The notes under the pieces are model-generated. The model was not told the origin of the DNA. It searched no databases and saw only the letters and a program-made list of their open reading frames with translations. A stretch of DNA of 64,000 nucleotides from a virus. Lineage: Duplodnaviria; Caudoviricetes. This document shows, piece after piece, positions 55,512 to 64,000 of this stretch. The stretch's first letter is position 1, and each line of letters opens with the position of its first letter. The position numbers and the translations under genes are program-made. The stretch spans positions 96,001 through 160,000 of IMG/VR virus record IMGVR_UViG_3300042691_041259; one strand, 5' to 3'.

Positions 55512-56726
55512 TTATTCTTCGTTAGGGATTGTCAAAAAGATTTTATCATTGTGTACGCGTTCAACGGACACCATTACGTGGTCACCTACCGCGTAATTCT
55601 TCTTTTTGATTTTTATTTCTTTCTTGGAAATTAAGCCTACAATATCTTTCTGCAGCTTTACCAAAGTACCAAACGGCTGAATTGAAACAACTTCGCCACC
55701 TGTGATCACTCCTAAATGTTTTTCTTTGAACTCTTCAAGCTCTTTCATACGAATGCTTGGATCTTCATCGGTAAGAATAATTTTCTTATCTGGCGTAATT
55801 TCTTTAATCCAGAATTGAACGGTATTTCCTGCCGAAAATACGCCACTCTTAAAGTCTTCCCGCATTTCAGGAGTCATTTTACTTGTATGTATAAGACCTG
55901 TGAAGATCTCATTAAATTCTACAAATACACCAAACTTGGCAGTACCAGTGACTGTTCCTGTATATTTTTCTTCCAGGCTAAGGCTTTCAATTTTTGAAGG
56001 CAATACGTGTGAAAGATATTTTTTGTGGCTGAATACAAATGTTCCAGCGTCTCTGAGGTAATCTTCCACCATTACGTATATTTCTTTGCCCAGCATTGAA
56101 TCAAAGTCTCTTACAATATTAGCCGCTGCCAAAGAACCAGGTAAGAAACCTTCTATACCGGCAACGTTAACCAGGAATCCACCACCATTTCTGCTGATGA
56201 TTTTTGCGGTGTACGCGCTGGTAGGCTTTTCAATTTGTTGGAAGAACTCAGAACGAATGCTTTGAGAATGTCCTTTGCTTAGAGAAGCTATTGTATAAGG
56301 CTTTATGGTTTCAATTACCACTTTTTTGCCTTCAGCTCCAATAAATCCTGAAAAAGCGCCCTCGGTGTTTTTCATCCAGTCTACAAAAGACTCTTGATTC
56401 ATACCAACAGTCTTAAAGTATGGCTTTTCTTTTTCCAATTGAATCACAGCGTCAATCATACCTGAAAGGGTAACTACCATTTCAGTGTCATTGATACTAA
56501 CCACGGAAGTGATTGCGTGATATTCCCCAACTTTTGGTTCTTTTACGCCGCCAGCTGTGGATTTTTCATAGCGGAGATACATTTCTTCTGCACCGCTGTC
56601 ATGTCTCCAAATCTTTACTCCATATTTCTTTAGGAGAACGGGATTTGGGATTCTTCTTGCTTGACGGTCTTCTGCTTCAAAAGCCGCCCAGTCAAAGTCG
56701 AGTGTTGTGTTATTTTTGATTTGCAT
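55512..56726 (-). CDS. Ribosomal protein bS1 homologue (about four S1 domains)
   Basis: GGFLVNVAGIEGFLPGS..VRDFD, GTVTGTAKFGVFVEF..GLIHTS and GEVVSIQPFGTLV are S1 repeats; N-terminal DFDWAAFE resembles Bacteroidota RpsA as recalled. Confidence 0.8.
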   Translation of the reverse strand: MQIKNNTTLDFDWAAFEAEDRQARRIPNPVLLKKYGVKIWRHDSGAEEMYLRYEKSTAGGVKEPKVGEYHAITSVVSINDTEMVVTLSGMIDAVIQLEKEKPYFKTVGMNQESFVDWMKNTEGAFSGFIGAEGKKVVIETIKPYTIASLSKGHSQSIRSEFFQQIEKPTSAYTAKIISRNGGGFLVNVAGIEGFLPGSLAAANIVRDFDSMLGKEIYVMVEDYLRDAGTFVFSHKKYLSHVLPSKIESLSLEEKYTGTVTGTAKFGVFVEFNEIFTGLIHTSKMTPEMREDFKSGVFSAGNTVQFWIKEITPDKKIILTDEDPSIRMKELEEFKEKHLGVITGGEVVSIQPFGTLVKLQKDIVGLISKKEIKIKKKNYAVGDHVMVSVERVHNDKIFLTIPNEE

Positions 56727-56745
56727 ATTTATAGGTTTTCTATGT

Positions 56746-56754
56746 CTATATATC
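56746..56754 (-). promoter_or_regulatory. Putative late promoter GATATATAG (an exact T4 TATAAATA also overlaps the start, 56726-56733)
   Basis: 20 nt upstream of the bS1-like start. Confidence 0.5.
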
Positions 56755-56756
56755 TT

Positions 56757-59700
56757 TTACGGAATTGCTTGATAGCCTGTAGCCGCCAAGTATGTGGAAC
56801 CAAGTCCTGACTTTCTTTGAGCTGTTGCTACTAATTGGTCTAGCCAAATTACAAAAGGAACATTCTTATCGCTTAGGCCTTCCCAAGTTGGGAGTTTTTC
56901 GAGAGGCTTAGTCGGATGTAATTTTGTAAAGGCAAGCCTTGCCGGAGAAAAACTGCAGGCTAGTAGTTTTACAATCAATGGCGTATTGTTAAAAAGCAGA
57001 GGCAGCACTGAATTTAGCAAAGGCTCTAAAATAGGCTTAAACAGCTCCCAACTTACATCGTAAAAAGGCCCGTCCTTTCCAGGAAGACTGAGTTTTGGCG
57101 GAAATTGGAAAAGCTCAATAATACTTAAAAACGGAAAGCTTCCTAACGCATTTATTGTGTTAATTAACGTAGAAACGCCGTCAAGCGCAGGATACACCGT
57201 TGATTCAAGAACTCCTCCTATAAAGCTTTTTATATCGCTACCTTTAATATCAGACAGACCAACGCCAAAGAGCGCTTTAACAATTAAAGAAACGGCAATT
57301 AGCTTCTGTACATTTTCTGAGGAAACGGCTTCATAAATTTTTGCCATGATAGTTGCTTTAATTGAATCAAAGGCTACTTGTGCGGCTTCTTTCATAAGAG
57401 TTTTAATAAGAGACCCGGGTATCACAATTTGAGAAGGTAATCCAATCTTTCCTGGAAGTGGAACTTTAAACTTAAAAGGTATTTGCTTAACCATGTCAAT
57501 AGTCTGCTTAAGCATATTGTAGCTTTCTGGATCGGGTATCACAAGTTCTGGAACCGCATCAAGCAAACCATTGATGGTGTTGTAAAACAATCTCTCCGCC
57601 GAAGGAAGATTTCCGCTAAGATCTAGTTCAAAAGACACTAGGTTTGCTATTTGTTCAAGCGGCAATGCATCAATAATAGAAGGCGCCGCTTTGAAAGCGC
57701 CTATCAGTACATATATGTATGGCGGAACTACCGGTAGCTGAATGTTTGTGTAACATGGAAATGGAAGAACCAGCGCGTCCACTGTTTTTGAGACAAACCC
57801 AAGAATTTCAGGGTTTATCTTTTTAGCAGCTTCCTCTAAAGGTTTCTTTATCAGCTTTTTAATTATTTTTGCTCGCTCTCGCACTTTTTCATCTAGAGAA
57901 GTATCAAAAGACAGCCTAGATTCTAATTCGTCAATTTCTGCATCGATTTCTCTAAAAAATCTTTTCACATTAGGGGTATCAACTTGCTGCAGTACCTGCT
58001 CACGAAGCTTTTTCTTTATATTGATAGTAGGTATCCCAATTCCTAGAGCTTTAAGCAGCTCGCTTTGTAACTCCGCCGGTGCTGAAGTGACTGTATCAAT
58101 TGCCTTATTGAGATTGTCCATAATTTCTCCTGGCCCTAAAGTTTTTAGCAACAACTTTTTATCATCTTTAGGAAATTTAATAGAATTTACTTTAATGCCA
58201 TCTATAGCTTTTACCGCACCAGCAAACACTTCTGTTAAAGCCGCTTCAATTTCTGCAGGATTTGGCGGTAGGCCTTCAAAAGCTTCCCTGATTTGTTGTC
58301 TCTTAGCACGTGCTGCCGCAGAATTGCCACCTATTGAAGGCGGATCCGGTATTTCCAATTGCGAATAAGAAGACTTAATCTTCTCTTTAAGCTTATCAAT
58401 GATATTTTTTCCGCTGTCTGGATTTCCAACATCGTTATTAGCATTGCCTACTAATAGTTTTCCTAATGGCGAAGACAGATTGATCTTGACTCCGCCTGGA
58501 GGCAACAATATGTCTAATAAAGACTTTTCTTCAAGTGGATTGACTCCAGCCACCGTAGGGTGTGGTATTGAACATGGTCCTCGAGATGTCAACATAAATG
58601 TTGCATCCCCCTTTTCATCAATAAACATAATAAACGGAGCTGGAATAAATCCAGCAAGAGCAATCCAAATAACAATTGTTCCTAAAGGAGTACTGATAGT
58701 TATGATATGTTTCCAAAGAAGAGGCAGAGGTATGCTAATTAAAGGATCGGGTATCCCAAGAGCAAGCGTAGGTATGGCCGGTATTGGAGGTATTGGAAAT
58801 TGAATAGCCACTGGATAGTATCGAAAAAGCCTGACACTAAAATTGGTAGGATCCAATTCAGGTACCGGTAGCACACTTACCTTTTGCATTATTTTTGTGT
58901 ACTCTTTCCAGTAACAGTTCTTAATAAATGTAGGACATCGGCCATCAGATGGTCTTTGACCTACTGGATCTGAACCCAATTTATCCTTGCATTCTTTCTC
59001 TAAATTTGTAGAGTCACCTCCATCAACAGGGGCTCCAAGTTTTTTAGCTGTATTTTCAATGTTTGCTTGATTCTCTTCAACACAAATTTGACAGCTTTCC
59101 ATTAAAGCATCTAGTGAAGCCAGTTCTTCTTGCAATTTTTCGTAATATGTGCGGGCAACAAATGATTTTCTAGAAAAATCGTCTATATTACTAATTGAAT
59201 ACAGTTGGATCAGATCGTCTAAAAACCCGCGGTTTTCAATGTTATCAAAGAAAACAAGCGCTGCTTCCCTTTTTGCTGCTTGGTCAATCGGGCCATTGAT
59301 AAAATTTGCATACGCAGCAGAGTTTTCAATGTCTTGAGCTTTTTGGATAACCTTTTCACGAGTTTTTTTATCTAGGTTTTCTAAAAAATCTTGTGCTATC
59401 TCATCATTACTTTTCAAATCTTGAGAGGCTGCCGGAACCTGTATTATGACTTCCTCTTCCAGACCATTTTTTACCACTTTATTAACTGTTTCGCCTACAG
59501 GCTCTCCTCTATCATTAAACTGTGGCTTTGGCTGTGTGTAGCCTTGCTCTTGATATGTAAAGAAGTAGTCTATTCTTTTTGCTGAGAAGAACGGCTTCCA
59601 TATGCCAACTTCAAAAAGACCTTGCCTATCTTTTACTAGGTTTTCTCCAGAATACTCTGGAACGTCAATGGGTATGATGTAATTCACTAGCGGTTCAGAA

Positions 59701-61628
59701 ATGCCTGTGATTGTGTTAAGCTTTCCGCCTAATGATGTCCCCGTTCCTGATATGTATGACGGATTCCAGACTGTACTAGGTGTATTGATAGACTCTTGCC
59801 AAAGCTCTTGACAGCGCCCTCTAACATCATAATAAGAATCCGTTTCCGCGGTTATTTTAAGAATTCCCGGAGCTTTAATGCTCCATTGATTAAATTGCGT
59901 AGGTAAGTACCCTACCAAATTACTCAGTGGATTTGTGTCTATGTTTAGCCCCTGGCGAATTTGCTGGAGGTTTCCATTTGCAATATTGTTAAGTTCATCT
60001 TTAAATCCATTAAATTGGGTTTCAACCGCAATTAGATTTTCATTTTCATCATTGATTGTTAATGTATAAATTCCTTGTCCTTCATAATTAAGATAAGTCA
60101 AAGCTTCCACCCCGCTAAGAAAATCTTCTGAATTAGTGTACACTCCATTTGTTAGGGATGAGTAATCAGTAGACTCTGCTATAACAGCGTCGCGATCTCT
60201 AATAATCGCAATCAATTGATTATTGAAAAAATCTATGTAATCTTTTAGCCTATCAAAATACTGGATTGTTATCTTGTGTAAAATTGCATGCGAGTAGAAC
60301 GCATACCATTTATTACTTGCGTCTCCTTTCTGCGCTCCACATTTTTGCATCTGCTGAGAAAAAGCATCAATTTCAGAAAGAACTTCTTGAACTTTATTGA
60401 GCTCCCCTTCCTGTGAAGGAATTTCTACATTTGGATAATCCACTGCTACCGATCCATCTTCACCCACACTCGCAAACCCTGATATGTCGGCTGCTATTCC
60501 AGCAGCTCCAGCAGCCCCACTTTCATCACCATCTGTAGGAACTTTGCAAGTCTCGTCATGAATTTTTTGAATCTCTTCCTCCCTATACGCAGATGGCTTA
60601 GGTGTTACATCCGCACATTTATTGATAACCTTTCCTATTTGTGATGGATACGTATCCTCAGGGTCCGGCAAGCCTATTTGTGTTGTGACATTACTTACAG
60701 GGTCAGACAATCCTGCTTCTTGTGCTGCACCATTGTTTACAAGGTCAGGCAATCCTATTATGGATTGAACATTTAATTCTTTTATTTGCTTTTCATTTTC
60801 AAAAAAAGTTTGAGCCTCTTTTTCAATATCAACGTCCTTTACTAAGTTTACTCCAAGTATTTTAGTCTGCTCAAAAAATTCAACTTTGTCCTTTGCATTT
60901 TTCAGAGCATTTTTTACAGATGGCACTCCTAAAAATTGCTCTTTTGCGAGATTTTGCAGCTCTTCAAGTTCTTCTGGCCCAGATTCCGATAAGAGTTTTT
61001 TGTATGTTACACCTGCCAAATTTTGCAAAGCCTCTTCAGCAGAACCAAATTTTGCATCGGGTGCCCATGCAAATGTTCCAATTCCTATTTTGAATCTTAC
61101 GCCAAGCTCAATTGGACCAAACTTAAAACCTAGCACAGCATCAATAGTAGGTATTGTGATAGCTATTTTTAACTTTGAAAACGCGTTTAAATCAATTCCA
61201 CTCAAATCCATTACCTTTGTAATATCAATGTTTGGATTTTCTGTGATTTCAGTAATTTTGAATTTGCCAACCTTCTTTTCCGGATCCGTGATTTTTACAT
61301 CATCAAAATTGACATCGCCATCGGGAAGGCTAAAAAGCGTTTCCACTAATTTTGTAAGCTGCGACATTTTTCCAAGAGGGTCAACTTTCCCAATAAATCG
61401 CTCTTCAATAGGAATTTCGGGATACTCGTTGTAGTCGCTGGATGTTACTGTTTGACTGAACAGATTTTCTATTTCTTTGGCTTTTTTGATGACCGCTTGT
61501 TTTGGAGCAAGCACGCCATCAGGCACGGCTTCGTTTAGAATCTTGTTTATTTCGTCAAGAAGCTCTTTTGCTTCTTTTGATTTTGATTCACAACATGTAC
61601 AATTGATACCGTGAATTTCACTCTTCAT
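56757..61628 (-). CDS. Large hypothetical protein after the spike gene; probably baseplate hub associated
   Basis: 1623 aa; TAATG coupling to gp5; acidic N-terminal half, scattered Cys, Pro-rich hydrophobic segments in the C-terminal half. Confidence 0.5.
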   Translation of the reverse strand: MKSEIHGINCTCCESKSKEAKELLDEINKILNEAVPDGVLAPKQAVIKKAKEIENLFSQTVTSSDYNEYPEIPIEERFIGKVDPLGKMSQLTKLVETLFSLPDGDVNFDDVKITDPEKKVGKFKITEITENPNIDITKVMDLSGIDLNAFSKLKIAITIPTIDAVLGFKFGPIELGVRFKIGIGTFAWAPDAKFGSAEEALQNLAGVTYKKLLSESGPEELEELQNLAKEQFLGVPSVKNALKNAKDKVEFFEQTKILGVNLVKDVDIEKEAQTFFENEKQIKELNVQSIIGLPDLVNNGAAQEAGLSDPVSNVTTQIGLPDPEDTYPSQIGKVINKCADVTPKPSAYREEEIQKIHDETCKVPTDGDESGAAGAAGIAADISGFASVGEDGSVAVDYPNVEIPSQEGELNKVQEVLSEIDAFSQQMQKCGAQKGDASNKWYAFYSHAILHKITIQYFDRLKDYIDFFNNQLIAIIRDRDAVIAESTDYSSLTNGVYTNSEDFLSGVEALTYLNYEGQGIYTLTINDENENLIAVETQFNGFKDELNNIANGNLQQIRQGLNIDTNPLSNLVGYLPTQFNQWSIKAPGILKITAETDSYYDVRGRCQELWQESINTPSTVWNPSYISGTGTSLGGKLNTITGISEPLVNYIIPIDVPEYSGENLVKDRQGLFEVGIWKPFFSAKRIDYFFTYQEQGYTQPKPQFNDRGEPVGETVNKVVKNGLEEEVIIQVPAASQDLKSNDEIAQDFLENLDKKTREKVIQKAQDIENSAAYANFINGPIDQAAKREAALVFFDNIENRGFLDDLIQLYSISNIDDFSRKSFVARTYYEKLQEELASLDALMESCQICVEENQANIENTAKKLGAPVDGGDSTNLEKECKDKLGSDPVGQRPSDGRCPTFIKNCYWKEYTKIMQKVSVLPVPELDPTNFSVRLFRYYPVAIQFPIPPIPAIPTLALGIPDPLISIPLPLLWKHIITISTPLGTIVIWIALAGFIPAPFIMFIDEKGDATFMLTSRGPCSIPHPTVAGVNPLEEKSLLDILLPPGGVKINLSSPLGKLLVGNANNDVGNPDSGKNIIDKLKEKIKSSYSQLEIPDPPSIGGNSAAARAKRQQIREAFEGLPPNPAEIEAALTEVFAGAVKAIDGIKVNSIKFPKDDKKLLLKTLGPGEIMDNLNKAIDTVTSAPAELQSELLKALGIGIPTINIKKKLREQVLQQVDTPNVKRFFREIDAEIDELESRLSFDTSLDEKVRERAKIIKKLIKKPLEEAAKKINPEILGFVSKTVDALVLPFPCYTNIQLPVVPPYIYVLIGAFKAAPSIIDALPLEQIANLVSFELDLSGNLPSAERLFYNTINGLLDAVPELVIPDPESYNMLKQTIDMVKQIPFKFKVPLPGKIGLPSQIVIPGSLIKTLMKEAAQVAFDSIKATIMAKIYEAVSSENVQKLIAVSLIVKALFGVGLSDIKGSDIKSFIGGVLESTVYPALDGVSTLINTINALGSFPFLSIIELFQFPPKLSLPGKDGPFYDVSWELFKPILEPLLNSVLPLLFNNTPLIVKLLACSFSPARLAFTKLHPTKPLEKLPTWEGLSDKNVPFVIWLDQLVATAQRKSGLGSTYLAATGYQAIP

Positions 61629-62392
61629 TATTGAGATAGTTTAACATTCTTTGACGTAGAAAGCTGCTCAAAAGAAGACGCAGCGCCAGTCATTATACCA
61701 GGCGTTGAAGGCAATTTTGCATCAATAGCGCCTGCCATCATTTTTAAAAAGGTCCATAAAGGCTCTGCCAATACACCAGAATAAACTGGCGCAGGCCCGA
61801 GTTTGGTGGCGGCGGTTCCATTCATCGCAACTTCTGAAGATTCCCCTTTTATTAGAGAATTTGAAGTAATGTTAATTGTGCTATTTGCTGTGATATTGAT
61901 GGTTGTACCAACAAGCTCAATTATACTTTGGCTATCTTTATGTTCAATAGTTATACTGCTATCTGGATTGATTGTAATATGAGAATCTTTGTGAAAGATT
62001 TCCATACCATTACCAGGAGTGTAGTAGACTTTTAATTGCTCATCCTCATCGTATGCAAGCACATGACTATTAAGATAGGTGTCACTAATATCAGATTGCA
62101 TAGCCCGGTTAATTGTCTGAATACCATAGTATTCGGGAGAATACAGATTGCCTTCAGAAAATTGGACTCTTACAATTGCGCCGATTTTTGGAATGGAAAG
62201 ACTTCCAAATCCGCCAGGGCCACCTGCAAATACAGTGTTCGTTACTGGGAAAGCCCAAGGAACGTTTTCGTCTTCTACATCATCAAAAAGACTGAAGACT
62301 TTGATTTTGCATCTGCCTAATTTTTCGGGATCATTATTGTCAACGACTGGGCCTACCCAAATTCTGTCTCTTAGTTCTGCTTTTGTTGCCAT
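61628..62392 (-). CDS. Baseplate central spike (gp5/VgrG-like OB fold plus short beta-helix, no lysozyme domain)
   Basis: GPVVDNNDPEKLGRCKIKV, VPWAFPV, SIPKIGAIVRVQF..P.Y.G. Confidence 0.85.
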   Translation of the reverse strand: MATKAELRDRIWVGPVVDNNDPEKLGRCKIKVFSLFDDVEDENVPWAFPVTNTVFAGGPGGFGSLSIPKIGAIVRVQFSEGNLYSPEYYGIQTINRAMQSDISDTYLNSHVLAYDEDEQLKVYYTPGNGMEIFHKDSHITINPDSSITIEHKDSQSIIELVGTTINITANSTINITSNSLIKGESSEVAMNGTAATKLGPAPVYSGVLAEPLWTFLKMMAGAIDAKLPSTPGIMTGAASSFEQLSTSKNVKLSQ

Positions 62393-62397
62393 TTACC

Positions 62398-63999
62398 TTA
62401 TTTATCGGTGTTTGTAGGTGGTGCTTCTTGTGAAGAATTACCCAGAGATCCGGGTGTTTCAATGTTTATATTTGGACCATTTAGACCAGTGCTTTTTTCG
62501 TTTATGACATCATTTTGTTGAGGCGCCTTTTGATCTACCTTGCCAATTTCTGTATAGTTTGTAATTTCAAGGTCTTTTGAAGGCGTGCTCATAATAACCT
62601 TTCCAAGAGGCTGTTTTAAGATTCTTTCACCTTCTAGTTCTGTCTTACCAAGTTCTGGATTATCACTATTTACAGGAGCCCCCAACAGTATTACCGGATT
62701 AAGATATTTATCTATAGTTTCTGGCCCAACGAGCGGTTCTGTTCCAAGTATTTTTTCTGGAATAGAAGGCCCTTCAAGCGGAACTGCTCCAAAATCTGGA
62801 GTTAAACCAAAATTGCCTTCTCTTGCAATTTCAGGTGATGGCGGTGCTTCTAAATTAACGCTTGTTGGTCTAGTATTACTTAGAGTTGGAGCTGTGAGAT
62901 TCACGGGATCTGGTATAACATTAGAAACCGCCGGCGCTTCTAATTCAGTCTTGGAAACTACGCTCTTTGGAACTGGAGCCCCCGTAAGCTCAGCATTAGC
63001 TGGCATATCCTTACTTGGCTCGGCACCTTCCAGATCAACTTCATTTGCTGCCAGATTTTTTTGAATTTTAGGACCGTCCAAAGAAACATTGCCACCCGTT
63101 CCATCCATGCTAGCCCCACCGTCCTCAAATGAAACATTTGTTGCAGAAGCCGAAGCAACTGGTGGAGCATTTAGATCTACTACTTTTACTGTGATTGGCG
63201 TAGTTGGAACAGAAGTCAAATCCACATTAGTGACTTGATTTGGAGCAACTGGTGGAGCATTTAGATCTACTACTTTTACTGTGATTGGCGTAGTTGGAAC
63301 AGAAGTCAAATCCACATTAGTGACTTGATTTGGAGCAACTGGTGGAGCTTGCAGATCTACCGAATCGACCCTTCCAGTTTCTGATGGCGGAGCTTGTAAA
63401 TCTGTTTGGCCAGGCGGCGAATCTATAATTGCTGGACCTTGAAGATCAACAGCCGTTCCAGTTAAGCCATTGATTTGCGGTTCTACCAGAATAACGCTAG
63501 TTGAGGATGGCGGTCCTAATATAGGGCCTTCCAACGCTACTACTTTATCTGGTGAAGGGCTTATTAAAGGTTCTTCCAATGAAACAGTTGTAGAAGACGC
63601 TGAACCTGCTGGAGGAGCCGCCAACTCTACAGATCCTGCTGGACTATCACTTACGGCTGCCCCTTCAAAAGGAACATTAGTGGCAGTCGGCGCACCTACT
63701 GGAGCGGATTCAAATGGAACCGTTTCCGGAGCTGCTGGACTTGTAGAAGGCGCTATAAAAACTACAGTACCGCCACCTTCTGATATTGGAGGAGCCACTA
63801 AATCTTGTACCGCTGGCGACACCGGTCCTTCTGTTGTTGCTCCATTACTTTCCAGAGCAATATTTGTCAATAGGCTTTCAATAAATGGTGGAGCTTCTAA
63901 TTGAACTTGTTGCGCAATTGCTTGCGCAACTTCTGGAGGAAACGAATCCGCAAACGCGTTTCCAAGAAGAACTCCAGCAACTGCGCCTTGAACGGCATC
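62398..63999 (-). CDS. Pro-rich repetitive protein, 3' part only; the start lies beyond the window end
   Basis: The frame stays open upstream of the track's TTG at 63870 (DAVQGAVAGVLLGNAFADSFPPEVAQAIAQQVQLEAPPFIESLL..); many V-x-L-x-(A/G)-P repeats. Confidence 0.7.
   Translation of the reverse strand, partial: DAVQGAVAGVLLGNAFADSFPPEVAQAIAQQVQLEAPPFIESLLTNIALESNGATTEGPVSPAVQDLVAPPISEGGGTVVFIAPSTSPAAPETVPFESAPVGAPTATNVPFEGAAVSDSPAGSVELAAPPAGSASSTTVSLEEPLISPSPDKVVALEGPILGPPSSTSVILVEPQINGLTGTAVDLQGPAIIDSPPGQTDLQAPPSETGRVDSVDLQAPPVAPNQVTNVDLTSVPTTPITVKVVDLNAPPVAPNQVTNVDLTSVPTTPITVKVVDLNAPPVASASATNVSFEDGGASMDGTGGNVSLDGPKIQKNLAANEVDLEGAEPSKDMPANAELTGAPVPKSVVSKTELEAPAVSNVIPDPVNLTAPTLSNTRPTSVNLEAPPSPEIAREGNFGLTPDFGAVPLEGPSIPEKILGTEPLVGPETIDKYLNPVILLGAPVNSDNPELGKTELEGERILKQPLGKVIMSTPSKDLEITNYTEIGKVDQKAPQQNDVINEKSTGLNGPNINIETPGSLGNSSQEAPPTNTDK
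62399..62406 (-). promoter_or_regulatory. Putative late promoter GATAAATA
   Basis: 7 nt upstream of the gp5-like start. Confidence 0.45.
63154..63348. repeat. Perfect 90-bp tandem repeat (about 2.2 copies)
   Basis: Unit starting AGCAACTGGTGGAGCATTTAGATCTAC.. at 63154, 63244 and 63334 (partial); encodes a 30-aa duplication. Confidence 0.95.
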
Positions 64000-64000
64000 G

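Noticed and set aside
61628-62392. T6SS or contractile injection system locus instead of a phage
   Set aside because: T4-type replication genes, the neck protein gp13, PhoH and internal-protein leaders indicate a phage genome.
364-63904. Many other short plus-strand or alternative-frame ORFs in the track
   Set aside because: They lie within or antisense to well-supported minus-strand genes and show no recognisable motifs; only 40200-40466 and 40454-40870 occupy a real gap.
1-64000. Stop-codon reassignment, tRNA/rRNA genes, introns/inteins, CRISPR arrays
   Set aside because: Very long ORFs are intact in code 11 and end in all three stop codons; intergenic gaps are too short for RNA genes or arrays; no intein or homing-endonuclease motifs were noticed.

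Overview
The window is a gene-dense 64-kb segment of a large T4-like (myovirus-type) jumbo phage genome in the standard genetic code. All credible genes lie on the minus strand except a two-gene plus-strand insert at 40.2-40.9 kb. The host is probably in the Bacteroidota (inference). Left to right: (1) a block of accessory enzymes and small proteins at 1-6610: a truncated N5-(carboxyethyl)ornithine-synthase-like gene missed by the ORF track, an ATP-grasp ligase, ferritin, an HxGH nucleotidyltransferase, an L,D-transpeptidase-like protein, a KxDG ligase-like protein and five small proteins, most of them starting with a T4 capsid-targeting-like peptide; (2) the T4-type replication/recombination core (UvsW, PD-(D/E)xK exonuclease, UvsY, primase, gp32 SSB, RuvC-like resolvase); (3) a tail/baseplate region with several giant ORFs (2187, 2795, 1173 and 746 aa); (4) an auxiliary island (NEIL1-like DNA glycosylase, 3'-5' exonuclease, SET domain, PhoH, HAD); (5) a baseplate/neck module (2820-aa gp7-like, gp6, gp25, gp13, gp5-like) interrupted by an amidoligase and a ribosomal protein S1 homologue. 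A GATA(A/T)ATA late-promoter-like motif precedes many structural and targeting-peptide genes. The most notable candidates are a set of possibly capsid-packaged, injected enzymes, an ATP-grasp plus opine-synthase gene pair, and a NEIL1-like glycosylase. No database searches were run; family calls come from motif recognition and recalled reference sequences.
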